A stretch of 64,000 bases of DNA. Origin: Cenococcum geophilum. Taxonomy: Eukaryota. The stretch's first letter is position 1. Each line of letters starts with the position of its first letter. The DNA lies in contig CP158636.1 of the NCBI GenBank assembly GCA_050273025.1, positions 12,338,001-12,402,000 on the forward strand. The letters are read 5' to 3'. A model generated the notes under the pieces. It made no database searches. It was given only the letters and a program-made list of their open reading frames with translations, and was not told the DNA's origin. A program made the translations under genes and the position numbers. Positions 1-12,382 of this stretch are shown piece after piece.

Positions 1-494
1 TTATATATAGGGAGAAAACTCTATTCAGGAAAACCCCGTAATCTATCTCCCCGCCTTTTAGGACTTACCTACTTAGCGCCTATAAGTTACCTATAGTGCT
101 CTACTACCTTACTTTTTGACCTCTTTAGGAACTACTGCTGCCGTAATAAGCCTACGGACGCGCTAGTATCGTAAACTTAACTCTACTACTGTAAAGTTAT
201 TAGGGGGCGCCTAATACTCGCCCCTTTGCCTTTTATTGCTATTTCCTTTGCAACCTAGAACTGGTCTAGTACATTTTGGCTAATAAGCTACTGGGTAACC
301 GCCTTAAGACCTTTTTATATTAAGAGTAGTATATTATAGTTCTCTGTGCTAGCTGCTAAGAGTATTACTTTTCGGTTAGTATATAAGGGATATAACAGCC
401 TGAGTATTATATATTTTAGTGTCTGTTTTAGCTAGCCATATTTATATCTTAGGCTACCTATTAGGACACCTACCTAGTAGAGCCAATCTTTTAG

Positions 495-667
495 TGTTGG
501 AACGTTAATTATGTAACATAGTTACGGGACCACGTAGTGAGGTTAGCTAACCTGACCTTGGAGCAACCCCTTACTTCTAGTAAAAACAATTAACTACTAA
601 CTTTAACACCGCATATATACCACTATAAGTAATATTCGTGCATGTTAATAAAGCGAGTATACTAACA
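495..667 (+). repeat. 5' LTR of Copia element
   Basis: Direct repeat of 6626-6798; the differences I checked are C/T and G/A transitions. Confidence 0.95.
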
Positions 668-1179
668 CTAATTAGTAAACGTATAGATTAGGAAATATGT
701 AATAGCAAAGCTTAAAATTACGCATTAGCTTAACTGCTAACGCGTTAGATTGTAGAGCTATTACCCTATTTTAGTTAAAGGAGAAAGCTATGTTACCCTT
801 AAAGCTCAAGACCACGTATTAGCTTACTAACGCGTAAGATCGCCTAGAGAATTATATTTTTACTTAGAGAGAGCTACGTTACCCCTTAAAGCTTAAGACT
901 ATATATTAACTTAACTGTTAACGCGTTAGATCGCCTAGAGGACCTTAAAGCTTAAGACTACGTATTAACTTAACTACTAACGCGTAAGATCGCCTAGAGG
1001 ACCATATCTTTACTAAGAATCGTCTTTAGTCTTTAGTCTTTAAAAACTGTAGATTTGTTAAGGGGACACGTATATACCCTTACACTTTTACCTTTATACC
1101 CCCGACCTTAACCTTAACCTTAACCTTAACCTTAACCTTAACTTCTAAATAACGACTACCCTTATATACAAAGACATAA

Positions 1180-4100
1180 TAATATAGAAATTAACTGGAA
1201 GGAAAGAATTGCTAAATACGGCTACGGAATTAACTTAGAGACGGCTATGGATAATAATCTAGCGGAGTATATAGAAACTAAGATGCACCTATATATACGG
1301 TATAACCTTACAGACTTTTTACTGTAGACAGTATATTAGGAAGACTTTAAAGACTTTATGCTAGAGCTCTTTAAATAAGTACAATCTAAAACTAGAGTGG
1401 GAATCCGTAACTACCTAGTTAAGAGAGGAGTATATATTGTTAAGTAAGATAAGAGGCATACCCTTAGCAAGGTGCTGACGGACGTCGCCTATAAAGAAGA
1501 GTTTTATAAATAGATAGACGAGGAGCTTATCGCGGCCCTTGTAGAGGTAAAGCTAATAATTATAACAACTCTGTAAAACTAACTTAATTTAACCTTAGAT
1601 AAGCTTGCTATACCTCTAGCCCCACTACTAGGTACTTTACTAACTCTACCAGCTATTCTAGCCGCTGTACTACTAGCTACTCCGGTTGCTATACCGCCAG
1701 CTACCCCAATTGCAGCACCACCAGCTACCCCGGTCACTGCCCCCGTTACCCCTACTACCCCCCTTAGATCTACTCTAATTACTATACCGCCAGCTACTCT
1801 AATCGCTACCCCTACTAACTTCGCTACCCCTTCCGGTTCTTAATCCTTTAATTATAACTAAATCTACGCTCTTATTAACTAACTGCTATAGCTAAAAGAG
1901 CAGTAACTATAGTAGCTATAGCAACCGCAGCAGCTATATATATATATATTACCCGAACTAGCTATGCCTAGCATAAAGCAAGGACCTAAGCAAGGATCTA
2001 GATATAGTAAGGAGGTGGCTATAATTATAAAGATCTATATAGACGACTAAAAGTATAATAGAGTTAACGATAGCTTTAACTTTAAGCTAACTATCTTCTA
2101 TAATATCTATAAGAGATCTAGCTTACTACTAAAAGGCTATATAGTAGCATTCCCTAGCATGCTAAAAGGGCTTACTTAGGACTACTACTATAACAGCAAC
2201 CTTGAGTTAAGACCTTTTACTAAAGCCTGTAACTATATACGATAGTTCTTTAAAGGGCTAGAATACTACCGTAAGAATCTTATAAAGTAGAATAGTATAA
2301 CCCTCTAAGGAGTTATGGATAAGAACCCTAATAAGTCAATCTATTAGAACTTCCAACTACTTATAGATAAGCTGCTAAAGCAACGCCACGGACTATACCT
2401 AGACTTCCGTATAAACCGCATTTTTATAAATAAGCTAGTTACTGCTTACTAGGGAGTACTAGTATGCCGTATTACTGTCTCTAACCCTTTAAAAGACCTC
2501 TCTTAGTTAATTAGTAAGCTACAATCCTCTATTATTGCGTAGGAAAAAGAACACCCCCTATAGGCCTTAATAAGATCATCTTATTAAGCCTTCTTTATGG
2601 ATTAACGCTATTACTGAAATAACTAGAATTGAGACCAAAACACTAATTGCTATAGCAGTAATCGCCCCTATAGAACTAACGGTAGACTAAAGGCTAAGTG
2701 CTACGTCTATAAGAAGGAGGACTGCTATTTATAGAAATATATAAAGGAGGAGCGTAATCGGTCTAGAGACAACTATAAGAGACGTTTTATTGATATTAAG
2801 GGCCGTAATAAGGGCAACTTTAATAACCACTTTAAATAATACGTCGCCGTCTGCGAAAGAGATAAAGAGGATGACTTAGACTTTAAAGCCTACATACACG
2901 ACGCTAATAATTCTAGAAGCGATGCCGGAGAACCTAACGATAGTTCTACCTATATTACTACCTTTAGAACACTTACTATAGAGAAAGTAACCTCTATAAG
3001 CGTAGAACTAGCCAATAAGGCTTATATATACCTGCTTATAGCTTTAGAACTTACCACGGAGTTTACTACGGAACCTTACACAGAGACCGACCCATTTGCC
3101 TACAGTACGGCTACAGCTACAGCGTCACGATATACCTTAACGGTCTTTATGGGAATTATAATTAATATAGGTGCTTTGCGTAAGCCTATAGCTAGCTACA
3201 GTTAATTTTAAGCTCTATAGGCTGTAGATAAGTTTATAAGTCTTAACACGTTAACTAAGGGCTAAGTAACTGTCTAATTTGGGATTGGAGCCTTTACATC
3301 TATCGGAACCATAAACGTTAACAGCCCTATAGGTAAGGTATAATTTTATATCGTTAAAGCAAATACTCCCTTCCTACTTTACTTAGCAGATATAGATAGA
3401 CTCTATATTAAATACGATAACCTAAAGAACGTCATTATTACTCGCACTAAAAGGGTGCTAGTAGTTAGACGATTTAGCCACCCATTTCTCTTATAGAGCT
3501 TCTCCTTATAGTCTTATTTAGTTGAGTCTTTTAATATAAACCCTTACTACTTAACTAACGTAGAACTATGACGTCTATACTATTAATTTAGTTACCTATT
3601 AGTTAATAGACTATAAAAGCTTCTTAATAAGGCTAGCTACGGCTATAATACTAATAGATCCGCTATTAAAGAGCTAACTAGACTCTGCCACTATTGCCAA
3701 AAGTATAGCAGATCTCTAGGTAGATTTCGCTTTACCCTATAAGACAACGTCAATTTCAATTATAATATCATCGTCGATATTATGTATATTAGCGGCTCCC
3801 CCCTACTATACGTAGTCGACGAAGCAACTTAATTTCAAGCTAGTAGATAGCTATAAGATATTAGCGCTAAGCACACTTAGGACATTCTATGGATGTGCTA
3901 AATTAATAGCTATTTAGGACTACTAGACCTAATCACCACAGATACTAGAAAGAACTTTATTAGTAAGGAGTTTAAGCATTATACTACCACTATAGGAGTA
4001 ACCATAAAGTTAGTTCTAGTCGAATCACATAATTCTATTAGAATGGTAGAGCGCTACTACGGTCCGCTACGACAAGCCTACCAAATCATTATAACTGAAA

Positions 4101-6345
4101 TCCCTAAAATTAGCAAGGAGATAGCCCTATAAATGGCCTTTAAAGCTATTAATAATATAGCTGGCCTAAAAGGCCTAGTCCCTACACTCCTAGTCTTTAG
4201 AGTTTACCCCTGAATAGTTAAATCAGACGCGCTATTACCTTTAGTTATATAGCGAGCTGCGGCTATTAAGAAAGTAATAGTAGAAATCTAAAAGCTATGA
4301 GCTAAATAATAGATCGCTAACGCTTTTAATATATGAAACGGACTATAAACTAACGCCATTTATGGCCTCCCACCTAGTTCGCCTATCTTAGTCTAGAGAA
4401 AAGGCAATACTGGCTAGAGTAGTTATTGGGATAGGCTATATATACTACTTACCGTTAACGGTGAGACCTATACTATAAAGCTACTAAATAGGCCTATAAC
4501 CTTCCGCTCTACGGTTGTAAAACCTTACCTACTGGACCTATAAGACCCAGTTAAACCACAAGAGCCTATTAAATTAGCTAAACTAGTATCTTTACTAGCT
4601 GAACCTTAATCGTTACCTAAAGCCGAACTACAGCTACCGCTAAAGTGAGGCAGAGGTCGCCCCTATAAATACCTATTACTTACGGCTATTGTAGATACGG
4701 CTACTATAAACGCTATAATAGATATAGGTGCTTTTACGGGTGATATTATAGATATTACTAATATTGCTATTTACTTATAAAACGATAATAACACCTAATT
4801 TAGCGCTTTATAATAAAAAGAGGTCATAGGCCTACTCGAGAAAGGCGTCTTTAAGATTATTAAGCTACGCAATATACTAAAGGGGGTTAGACTTTTTAAC
4901 TTACGGTTTATTAATAAGATTAAGAATAAGGGAACTAATAGAGCCTTTAAGAAATTACAACTTATTATATAGGCCTATAATAATTTAGAGAAAGAGCTAG
5001 TTCTTACTTAGTCACTAATAATTTAACGGGTTAGCCAGCGGCTAATTCTCTGTATCGCTGCTATGCTACTGTAGATATAACTTTACCTCCAAGATATCTT
5101 ATAAGCCTATGTCCAGTCCACTATAAACCTAAACCGCGAGTTCTATATACGACCACTATATAAGCTAAATAAATAATTAGGAATTAATATGGACTCCATT
5201 TTAAAAGTTATAAAGCCACTTTACGGAGTACCTAAAGCTAGAAACCACTGGTTTAAGACTTACTATTTATACTACGTTAATTAGCTATAAATAAACCAGT
5301 CCACGTACGACCCTTACTTACTCTATAGCAACAAGCCTTTTAGAATCGTTGGCCTATAGACTAATAATACACTATTCCTCGCAAATAATACCTTTATAGA
5401 GGCTAAATAAAGCAAACTATATAAGGCCAAATTTATAGCTAAGGAGCGAGAGTAATTAACCGTTAATATACCAATTAAGTTTAACGGAGGACTTATTTAA
5501 TTAATATAAGATAGGAGTATTACGCTAACGCAAAAGCGCCAGTATAAGAACCTTAGTGTAGTTAATACTACGCTAGTAGACAGCACTAGCTCTAGAGGAG
5601 TTACGTATAGCCTGCTTACGCTAAAGAACTAATATATCGCTTAACGCGCTAAAGGAGCCTATATCGCCTTAGTCTATTAGCCAGAGGCCTTATTTAACCT
5701 ATCCTTTACTACCTAGGTAATTAACCCAGTTAAAGATAATATAAAAAGTCTTAATAAGTAATTAAGCTAGCAGATTAAGAACGCAAATAGAGGCTTAAAG
5801 TTTATTAAGCTAGATATCAACACCTTATAACTCCTAGTATTTATAAACGCTTCCTTCGCCAATAATAAGGACTTATCTTCGCAAATTAGCTACATACTTA
5901 TACTAGCAGACGCCTTAAATAAGGCAAATATCGTTTACTAGTCCTCAGTTAAGTGCAAAAGAGTTACTAGGAGTGTATTAGCCTTAGAGTTGTATAGTAT
6001 AGCGTATAGTTTTAACATAGGCGCTATAATTAAATCTACGCTAGACAAGGTCTTATAGGTTAACTTACCACTCGTTCTCTGTACTAATTTAAAGTCTTTA
6101 TATAACTGTCTTATCTAACTAGGAACTACGTAAGAGAAACGCTTAATAATTAATATAATATGCCTTCGCTAAGCTTATAAACAAAGACAGATTACTAAAG
6201 TTAAGTAGATTAATGGAGATACTAACCCTACGGACGCTATAATAAAGGGTAAGCCCTATACAGCACTATTATAGCTTATTAACACGAATTAAGTTAAATT
6301 ATGGGCTGTAGGGTGGGTTAAGCGAACGGATTTAACTTTAGTTTA
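1180..6345 (+). pseudogene. Copia gag-pol pseudogene
   Basis: De-RIPped motifs: zinc knuckle KCYVCKKEDC..WKH (~2696), protease IIDTGA (~3158), integrase DIMYI...VVDEAT (~3776-3830) and HNSIGMVERYHGPLRQAY (~4028), RT RDISQAYVQS (~5090), KPLYGVPEAGNHW (~5213), GLQTDDTL (~5351), RNase H VFTDASFANNKDLSSQIG (~5837), TDSKSLYDC (~6083), NPADAMTK (~6224). Confidence 0.9.
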
Positions 6346-6625
6346 GTGTTAGCGCTAGTACTAAGCGAGCTAATAGCAATTTTCTATCCCAGGGATAGAA
6401 AATCCTAATTAGTTAGCAGAAGTTAGGTTTAGCAGAATTTGGCAGAATTTAGCAAAATTCAGTATTATGGCAGAATTCGGCAGAATTTGGTAACATGTTA
6501 GAATTTAGCAGAATTTAGTAATATAGCAGAATTTGGTAGAAAGTCGCTATTGCGTATATACGAATAGCCTAGAAGTAGACTTAACTTTAAAGTATAGATT
6601 AGTCTTCTTTTTAGAGTTGCTCTAG

Positions 6626-6798
6626 TATCGGAACGTTAATTATATAACATAGTTACGGGACCACGTAGCGAGGTTAGCTAACCTAACCTTAGAGCAACCC
6701 CTTACTTCTAGTAAAAACAATTAACTACCAACTTCAACACCGCATACGTACCACTACAAGTGATATTCGTGCACGTTGATAAAGCGAGTATACCGACA
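6626..6798 (+). repeat. 3' LTR of Copia element
   Basis: Direct repeat of 495-667, followed by TSD TTTAG. Confidence 0.95.
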
Positions 6799-7249
6799 TT
6801 TAGTCCTATTATTCCTATTTTTAAAAGTGTTGCTATTATATTTCTGCCTTTATTAGGCCTTCTTAGAGCCCTTAGGTGTTTACCCCCTATAGTATTAATT
6901 ATACTATAGCTTAGGTTCCTCTTATCTAAAATAGCAACGGGAAAATATGGTACCCTTTTAATAGCCTTAATAGCTAGTGGTTAACGCAATTGGCGCGCAG
7001 TTAAGGTCATTTAGCAACTCGACCGACTAGCCTATGTCGTGTTTTTTTAACACATAGCCTGCGCGCAGCCTATATGCAACCTACGCGCAACCTGCCAGCA
7101 ATTTACGCATTTAGCAACCATAATTATATTTACCTCTTTTATACTAATAGCATATTTTAAATAAATAAAAGCTACTTTAAAGCTATTTATAAGGCTAGCA
7201 AAATAAATATTATTATTTTAGATAATTTAATATAATATAGCGATGGTTC

Positions 7250-7660
7250 TCTTCTACCTATCTACCTATTAACTTACCTACCTACCTACATTGCCTACCT
7301 GTCTACATTGCCTACCTATTTATATTACCTACCTGTCTGTATCTACTTGCCTGTCTATATCTGCTTACTTATCTATATCTACTTACCTATCTATATCTAC
7401 CTACCTATTTATATTACCTACCCGTCTATATTGCCTACCTATTTATATCTACTTACTTATTTATATCTACTTACCTATCTATATCTACCTACCTATTTAT
7501 ATCTACTTACCTATCTATATCTACTTACCTATTTATATCTATTTACCTATCTATATCTACTTACCTATTTATATCTACTTACCTATCTATATCTACCTAC
7601 CTGTTTATATCTACCTACCTATTAGTATCTCCCTATTTATACCTACCTGTCTATACTACC
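7250..7660. repeat. Array of ~18-bp unit ATCTACTTACCTATYTAT (ACCT/ATCT-rich)
   Basis: Directly visible; produces the spurious IYIYLP ORFs. Confidence 0.9.
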
Positions 7661-7699
7661 TTAATTTAATTAATTAATTAAATCGTTTATAGTATTCGC

Positions 7700-8275
7700 T
7701 AGCTAGTTATTATTGTCTAGCTCTAGCAATAGTTGTCTAGTTCTAGCAATAGTTGTTTAACTTTAAAGACGGTTGTCTGGTTCTAGCAACGGTTATTTAG
7801 TTCTAGTAACGGTTGTCTAGCTCTAGTAATAGTCGTCTAGTTTTAGTAACAGTTGTCTAACTTTAGAGATAGTTGTCTAGTTCTAGCAACGATTATTTAG
7901 TTCTAGTAACGGTTATCTAGTTCTAGTAACGGTCGTCTAGTTCTAGTGACGGTTATCTAGTTCTAGCAATAGTTATCTAGCTCTAGCGATAGTTATCTAG
8001 TTCTAGCGACGGTTATTTAGTTCTAGCGACGGTTATCTAGTTCTAGCGACGGTCGTCTAGTTCTAGCGACGGTCGTCTAGTTCTAGCAACGGTTGTCTAG
8101 TTTTAGCGACAGTTGTCTAGCTCTGGCGATAGTCGTCTAGCTCTAACGATGGTTATTTAGTTTTAGCGACGGTCGTCTAGCTCTAGCGACGGTTGTCTGG
8201 TTTTGGTAACGGTCGTCTGGTTTTAGTAACGGTTGTCTAGTTTTAGCGATAGTTATCTAGTTCTAGCAACGGTCC
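7700..8275. repeat. Array of 20-bp unit CTAGTTCTAGCGACGGTTRT
   Basis: Directly visible; also at ~49400-50190 and, inverted, at ~19075-19465. Confidence 0.92.
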
Positions 8276-8404
8276 TCTGCTAGCTGCCGTTCTAGTGCCT
8301 CCCTAGGTAGGGAGGATGTAAGGAAGGAAGGAAGGGTAAAAAATAAGGCGGCTATATAGGCAGAGACACGTGTAGACGCTATTAGGAATATAGTGGGGAC
8401 CCAA

Positions 8405-8947
8405 TACAGAGCTTCGTGTAGAGCCTCTGTACGCAGAGCTTCACGCAGAGCTTCGCGCAGAGCCTTGTGCAGAGCCTCTGTACGTAAAGCTTCGTATAGA
8501 GCTTCGTGTAGAGCTTCGTGTAGAGCCTCCGTATGCAGAGCTTCGCGCAGAGCCTCGTGCAGAGCTTCGTGTAGAGCCTCCGTACGTAGAGCTTCGCGCA
8601 GAGCCTCGTGCAGAGCTTCGTGCAGAGCTTCGTGCAGAGCTTCGTGCAGAGCTTCGTGCAGAGCTTCGTGCAGAGCTTCGTGCAGAGCTTCGTGCAGAGC
8701 TTCGTGCAGAGCTTCGTACAGAGCTTCGTGCAGAGCTTCGTGCAGAGCCTCTATACGCAGAGCTTCGTGCAGAGCCTCTATGCGCAGAGCTTCGTGCAGA
8801 GCCTCTATGCGCAGAGCTTCGTGCAGAGCTTCGTGCAGAGCTTCGTGCAGAGCCTCTATACGCAGAGCTTCGTGCAGAGCCTCTGTACGCAGAGCTTCGT
8901 GTAGAGCTTTGTATAGAGCCTCGTGCAGAGCCTTATGCAGAGCCTCT
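8405..8947. repeat. Array of 12-bp GCAGAGCTTCGT with 14-bp variants
   Basis: Directly visible; produces the RASC/QSFV ORFs; homologous array at ~50322-50700. Confidence 0.92.
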
Positions 8948-9069
8948 AAGTAATAAGACTATATAAGATTGTATAAGATTATATTAGATAATATATAATA
9001 GTTAAATATATAGTATACAACTTTACCTTAATTGCATGTTAAGAAATATATAGTTACCTTTTAAAGTTG

Positions 9070-9312
9070 CTAAGTAGGTCAACTGCGTATTATTTAACTT
9101 TTAAATATGTTAAGTTAGTCAATTACGTGTTAATTGCGTATTAAGTTAGTTAAATTGCGTGTTAAGTTAGTTAATTGCGTATTAAGTTAGTTAAATTACG
9201 TGTTAAGTTAGTTAATTGCGTATTAAGTTAGTTGAATTGCGTGTCAAGTTAGTTAAATGCGTGTTAAGTTGGTTAATTGCGTGTCGAGTTAGTTAAATTG
9301 CATGTTAATTAC
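9070..9312. repeat. Subterminal array of 20/21-bp unit TTAAGTTAGTTAAATTGCGTG
   Basis: Directly visible; also at ~50830-51155 and inverted at ~45345-45480. Confidence 0.88.
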
Positions 9313-9899
9313 GCGAAACGCGAAAATTAAAGTCTACTTAAATCTTATCCTGCGAATATTTTCCCAATAAGCCTCTGTACCTTTAACTCTTATATACTTC
9401 TCTAGTGTTAGTCTAGCCAGTGTTATATTACGGTAAATGGTTTCCTAGTACTCTTTTATACTTTACTTTAGCTCCTTTCTCTTTTTTGCTATTGTCTTTG
9501 CTGGTCTCTTATACGTCTCCCTTCCTCTTCTATATAGGCCTGGGCCCTAATACGGCATTATTCTTCTTTTGCTTTTTTTACCTATATCTCTAATATATCT
9601 TCCCTACTTTAGGGTTGTTGGTTTGCTCTCCTATAGGGCACCCTAGGATCCCTCCATAGTTTGTTTAGGCGTGTTTTAATATACTCTATAACTTTAAAGT
9701 TGCGCTTTTTTTACACCCTTTATATTGCAGCGGCTTTAATATATAATTATAGGGGGGGGGTGTTTACTTCCTTCTTAAGTAGTGCTGTGGCCGTTCGCTT
9801 ATACCCGCCTGTTATACTCTAGAGGTAGGCTATTTAGACCTTTTAGAGTAGTTTAAGGAGTAATTTAGGGGGGCCTTTTTTAGTTTCTCCTATGGCCCA

Positions 9900-12382
9900 A
9901 ACACTGGATCTATATATTATAGTTAGCTGGATAACTACTATATATAGTAGGCGTGACCTTTAGAAGTATGGACCCTATATAAAATTAACAATCCTAGATA
10001 TTGCGATGTACTATGCTTAGCCCTTATAGGCCGCTTGTAATATATATGCGCTCTACTAGAGCTTACTGTCTACCTATACTCCTAATACCCTTAGGACTTA
10101 AACTAGTTGGCCCTTAAAGCCTTAGATATAGATTACATGCCAGAGATCTATAGATTAGTTGCGTTTTCTTATAAAATAGATTAGCTAGTATTTCTCTGGT
10201 AAGAATTAGACTCTATATTATCTTGCCTATTTTATATAGGTATTATAGGCTTTCTCTAGTGTTCTATAGTTCTTTGCGGCTATTAGCCTATATATAATTA
10301 GGTTTGTGTCATTAATAAAGCCTATCCCCTAGGTCGCCCCTTTCTTAAAGAAGTTAAGTAGGTTGCTTATAAAGAAAAGAAAGAATATAGGCGAGAGGGG
10401 TAATCCTTATAGTATTTCTATTGCAACTATAATGGGGGGGCTTTAGTACCTGCTAAAGACTAGTAATATTTCTTTCTGGCCTATAAACCCTTAAATAAAT
10501 TATATAATCTATTCTAAGAAGCCCTTTACCCTAAGAATGTGCAGGAGGCGCTTATAGGGTACGTTATTATAGGCACCACTAATATTTAGGCTAAGTATTA
10601 ATACTATAAAGTTCCTTTGCATCGCCTATGCAGACTTAATAGTGGCGGCGAGTAACGTAAGTGTTAATAGTGTTAAGCGGTTCTTTCTTGCCCCTATTTA
10701 ACTTTATAGTAGTAGGGTGTGTTCCTTAGCCGTATCTACTATATAGTCCGCTATTACCCTTTCTAAGATCTTGCTAAGGGTATTTTCTAAGGCAATAGGG
10801 CGGTAGCTTCCTAGGATTAAGTAATCTGCTTTACCTTCTTTTTATAAAATAACTGTTGTTATAGATCTTCCGAGTCGCGGGTAGTAGCCTATAGTAAAGT
10901 ATACTCTAGCTATATCTGTAAGCTAAGGTGCTATAAGTGGTTTATAGGTCTTTAAGACCTTATTTAATATCCTATCTAGTCCTAGTGCTATATTATTTAA
11001 AAGGCGGCTAATAGTTCTGGCCATTCCCTCTATTATTATATCGCTGTTGATCCGCAGGCGAGTTACTAGTGTTTTACCTATAATATTACTAAGGTCTACT
11101 AGAGCTAGTTAGGGGAAGAACCTTTCTATAAGGATCTTTACCTTCTTATTATTGTTATTAGTGGCTTATAACTCCCCTACTCTTTATAGAGGTAGTAGGT
11201 ATAAGTCTTTTACTAAACGCCCTACCTTTTTTTTTTATTACCTATTTTGCTATAGCCTAAAGGCCCTTATTATGGGGGAGGCTTGGGTTAAAAGTATGCT
11301 TATTTATAAACTATCTCTAGTTATTCCTTGCTTCTTTTTTTAGGGTATTCTTTAACTAGTTTCTTATATCCTTATATTATCTCTTATCTTTAGGGTTGTA
11401 GCTACTTATATATTTCCTTCTTGCTCGTTATTAACTGGCAATAAGAACCGCGTATTATGCGGACTATGCGTGTCGCGTATAGGGGCCTAGTTTTAAGACT
11501 AGGCAGTACTCTTCTAGCCTATTTTTAATTACTACCTGGATCCTTTCTAGTCTTCGGTTAATTTCCTTAGGGGTAGCTAATAAGCCTTATTTATTTAGTA
11601 TTGGGTGGATTTCTTCTAGGTCTTAAAGTTGTTATTTAACTATATTAAGGAAACTGTCTGTTTTAAGCTTCCTTATTACGTATCTTTTTCTATTTAGTTG
11701 CACCTTAATATCTAGATCTAGCCATATTTAGATAGGGATATAGTTTAAGGCGAGTGCCTATTCTTCTTTAGGGTTACACCTTTTAAGTCTCTAGTATAGG
11801 CCTTCGTCTATAAATATAAGATTAATTGTACTTCTAGCGGTGCCTTATTACCATATAATTGCTCCTAGGGGGGTAGCTAGTTTAAGGCCCTAGATATATA
11901 TAGCTCTTAGTAGGCACTCTACCTATTAGTTAGTAGCAATATAGATACCCCCTACCGCGGGTAGTAAAGGTTTATATCTTCTAATAAAATAAACTCCGTG
12001 CCTTCGGTTTCTAGTAAGCTTATTACCAATATAATATTCTCTATTTATGGGACCCCTTTGACCCTAGGGTTATATATATTAATAATTTATACCAGTCCCC
12101 TATATGTCTGGATTGTTATAACTACAATATCTGGGTTGACTGCCTGCTATAACCACGAGGATAGGCTAATAGCCTTGCTGATTATAAAGCACACGCGTAT
12201 AGCTGCTTTTAGTTCGTATAGGAGCTAAAATCCTCGGGGTAGGTAGTTATATATTAGCTAGTAATATAGTAGAGTTTAATATACCTGCTTATTTAAGCCT
12301 CTACCCTAGTTTTCTAGTGCTTTAGTCCCAGTCTGTAAGCAGTTAGCTGCCACCACCACTTATATAGGGAATTTCACCATTC
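9900..12382 (-). pseudogene. LINE ORF2 endonuclease-reverse transcriptase pseudogene (many RIP stops)
   Basis: Same EN and RT motifs as above; candidate ATG at ~12382 (MVKFP...VVAANC). Confidence 0.8.

Larger units (their letters stand above)
495..6798 (+). mobile_element. Full-length Ty1/Copia LTR retrotransposon, GalEa-type, RIP-inactivated
   Basis: 173-bp LTRs at 495-667 and 6626-6798 (TGTTGG...AACA / TATCGG...GACA); 5-bp TSD TTTAG at 490-494 and 6799-6803; domain order gag-PR-INT-RT-RH; palindrome A|CTAATTAGT right after the 5' LTR, the RIP form of the ACTGATCAGT hairpin site known for fungal GalEa elements. Confidence 0.95.
6938..9366. mobile_element. Non-autonomous TIR DNA transposon built from four tandem-repeat arrays (copy 1), partner of the Plavaka/CACTA-like element at 45291
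   Basis: Ends CGGGAAAATAT...ATATTTTCCC(A); interrupts the LINE; colinear second copy at 48635-51208; right end is the reverse complement of the terminus at 45291. TSD ambiguous in this copy. Confidence 0.85.

Noticed and set aside
1103..1143. (CCTTAA)n run resembling a telomeric (CCCTAA)n tract
   Set aside because: It lies in the Copia leader and begins GACCTT, so it is better explained as (GACCTT)n after TG>TA RIP; it does not match CCCTAA.
7291..7677. Hydrophobic IYIYLP / TYLYLL ORFs, also 48966-49373, 61668-61979 and 63101-63310
   Set aside because: Low-complexity minisatellite translations with no protein-like composition.
7700..8275. Regular 20-bp repeats resembling a CRISPR array
   Set aside because: Units are head-to-tail with no unique spacers, there are no cas genes, and the context is a eukaryotic RIPped region.
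8393..8953. ORFs encoding (RASC)n / (QSFV)n, also 50318-50705
   Set aside because: Translations of a 12-bp tandem array inside a non-autonomous transposon; several frames and both strands are open simply because the unit lacks stops.
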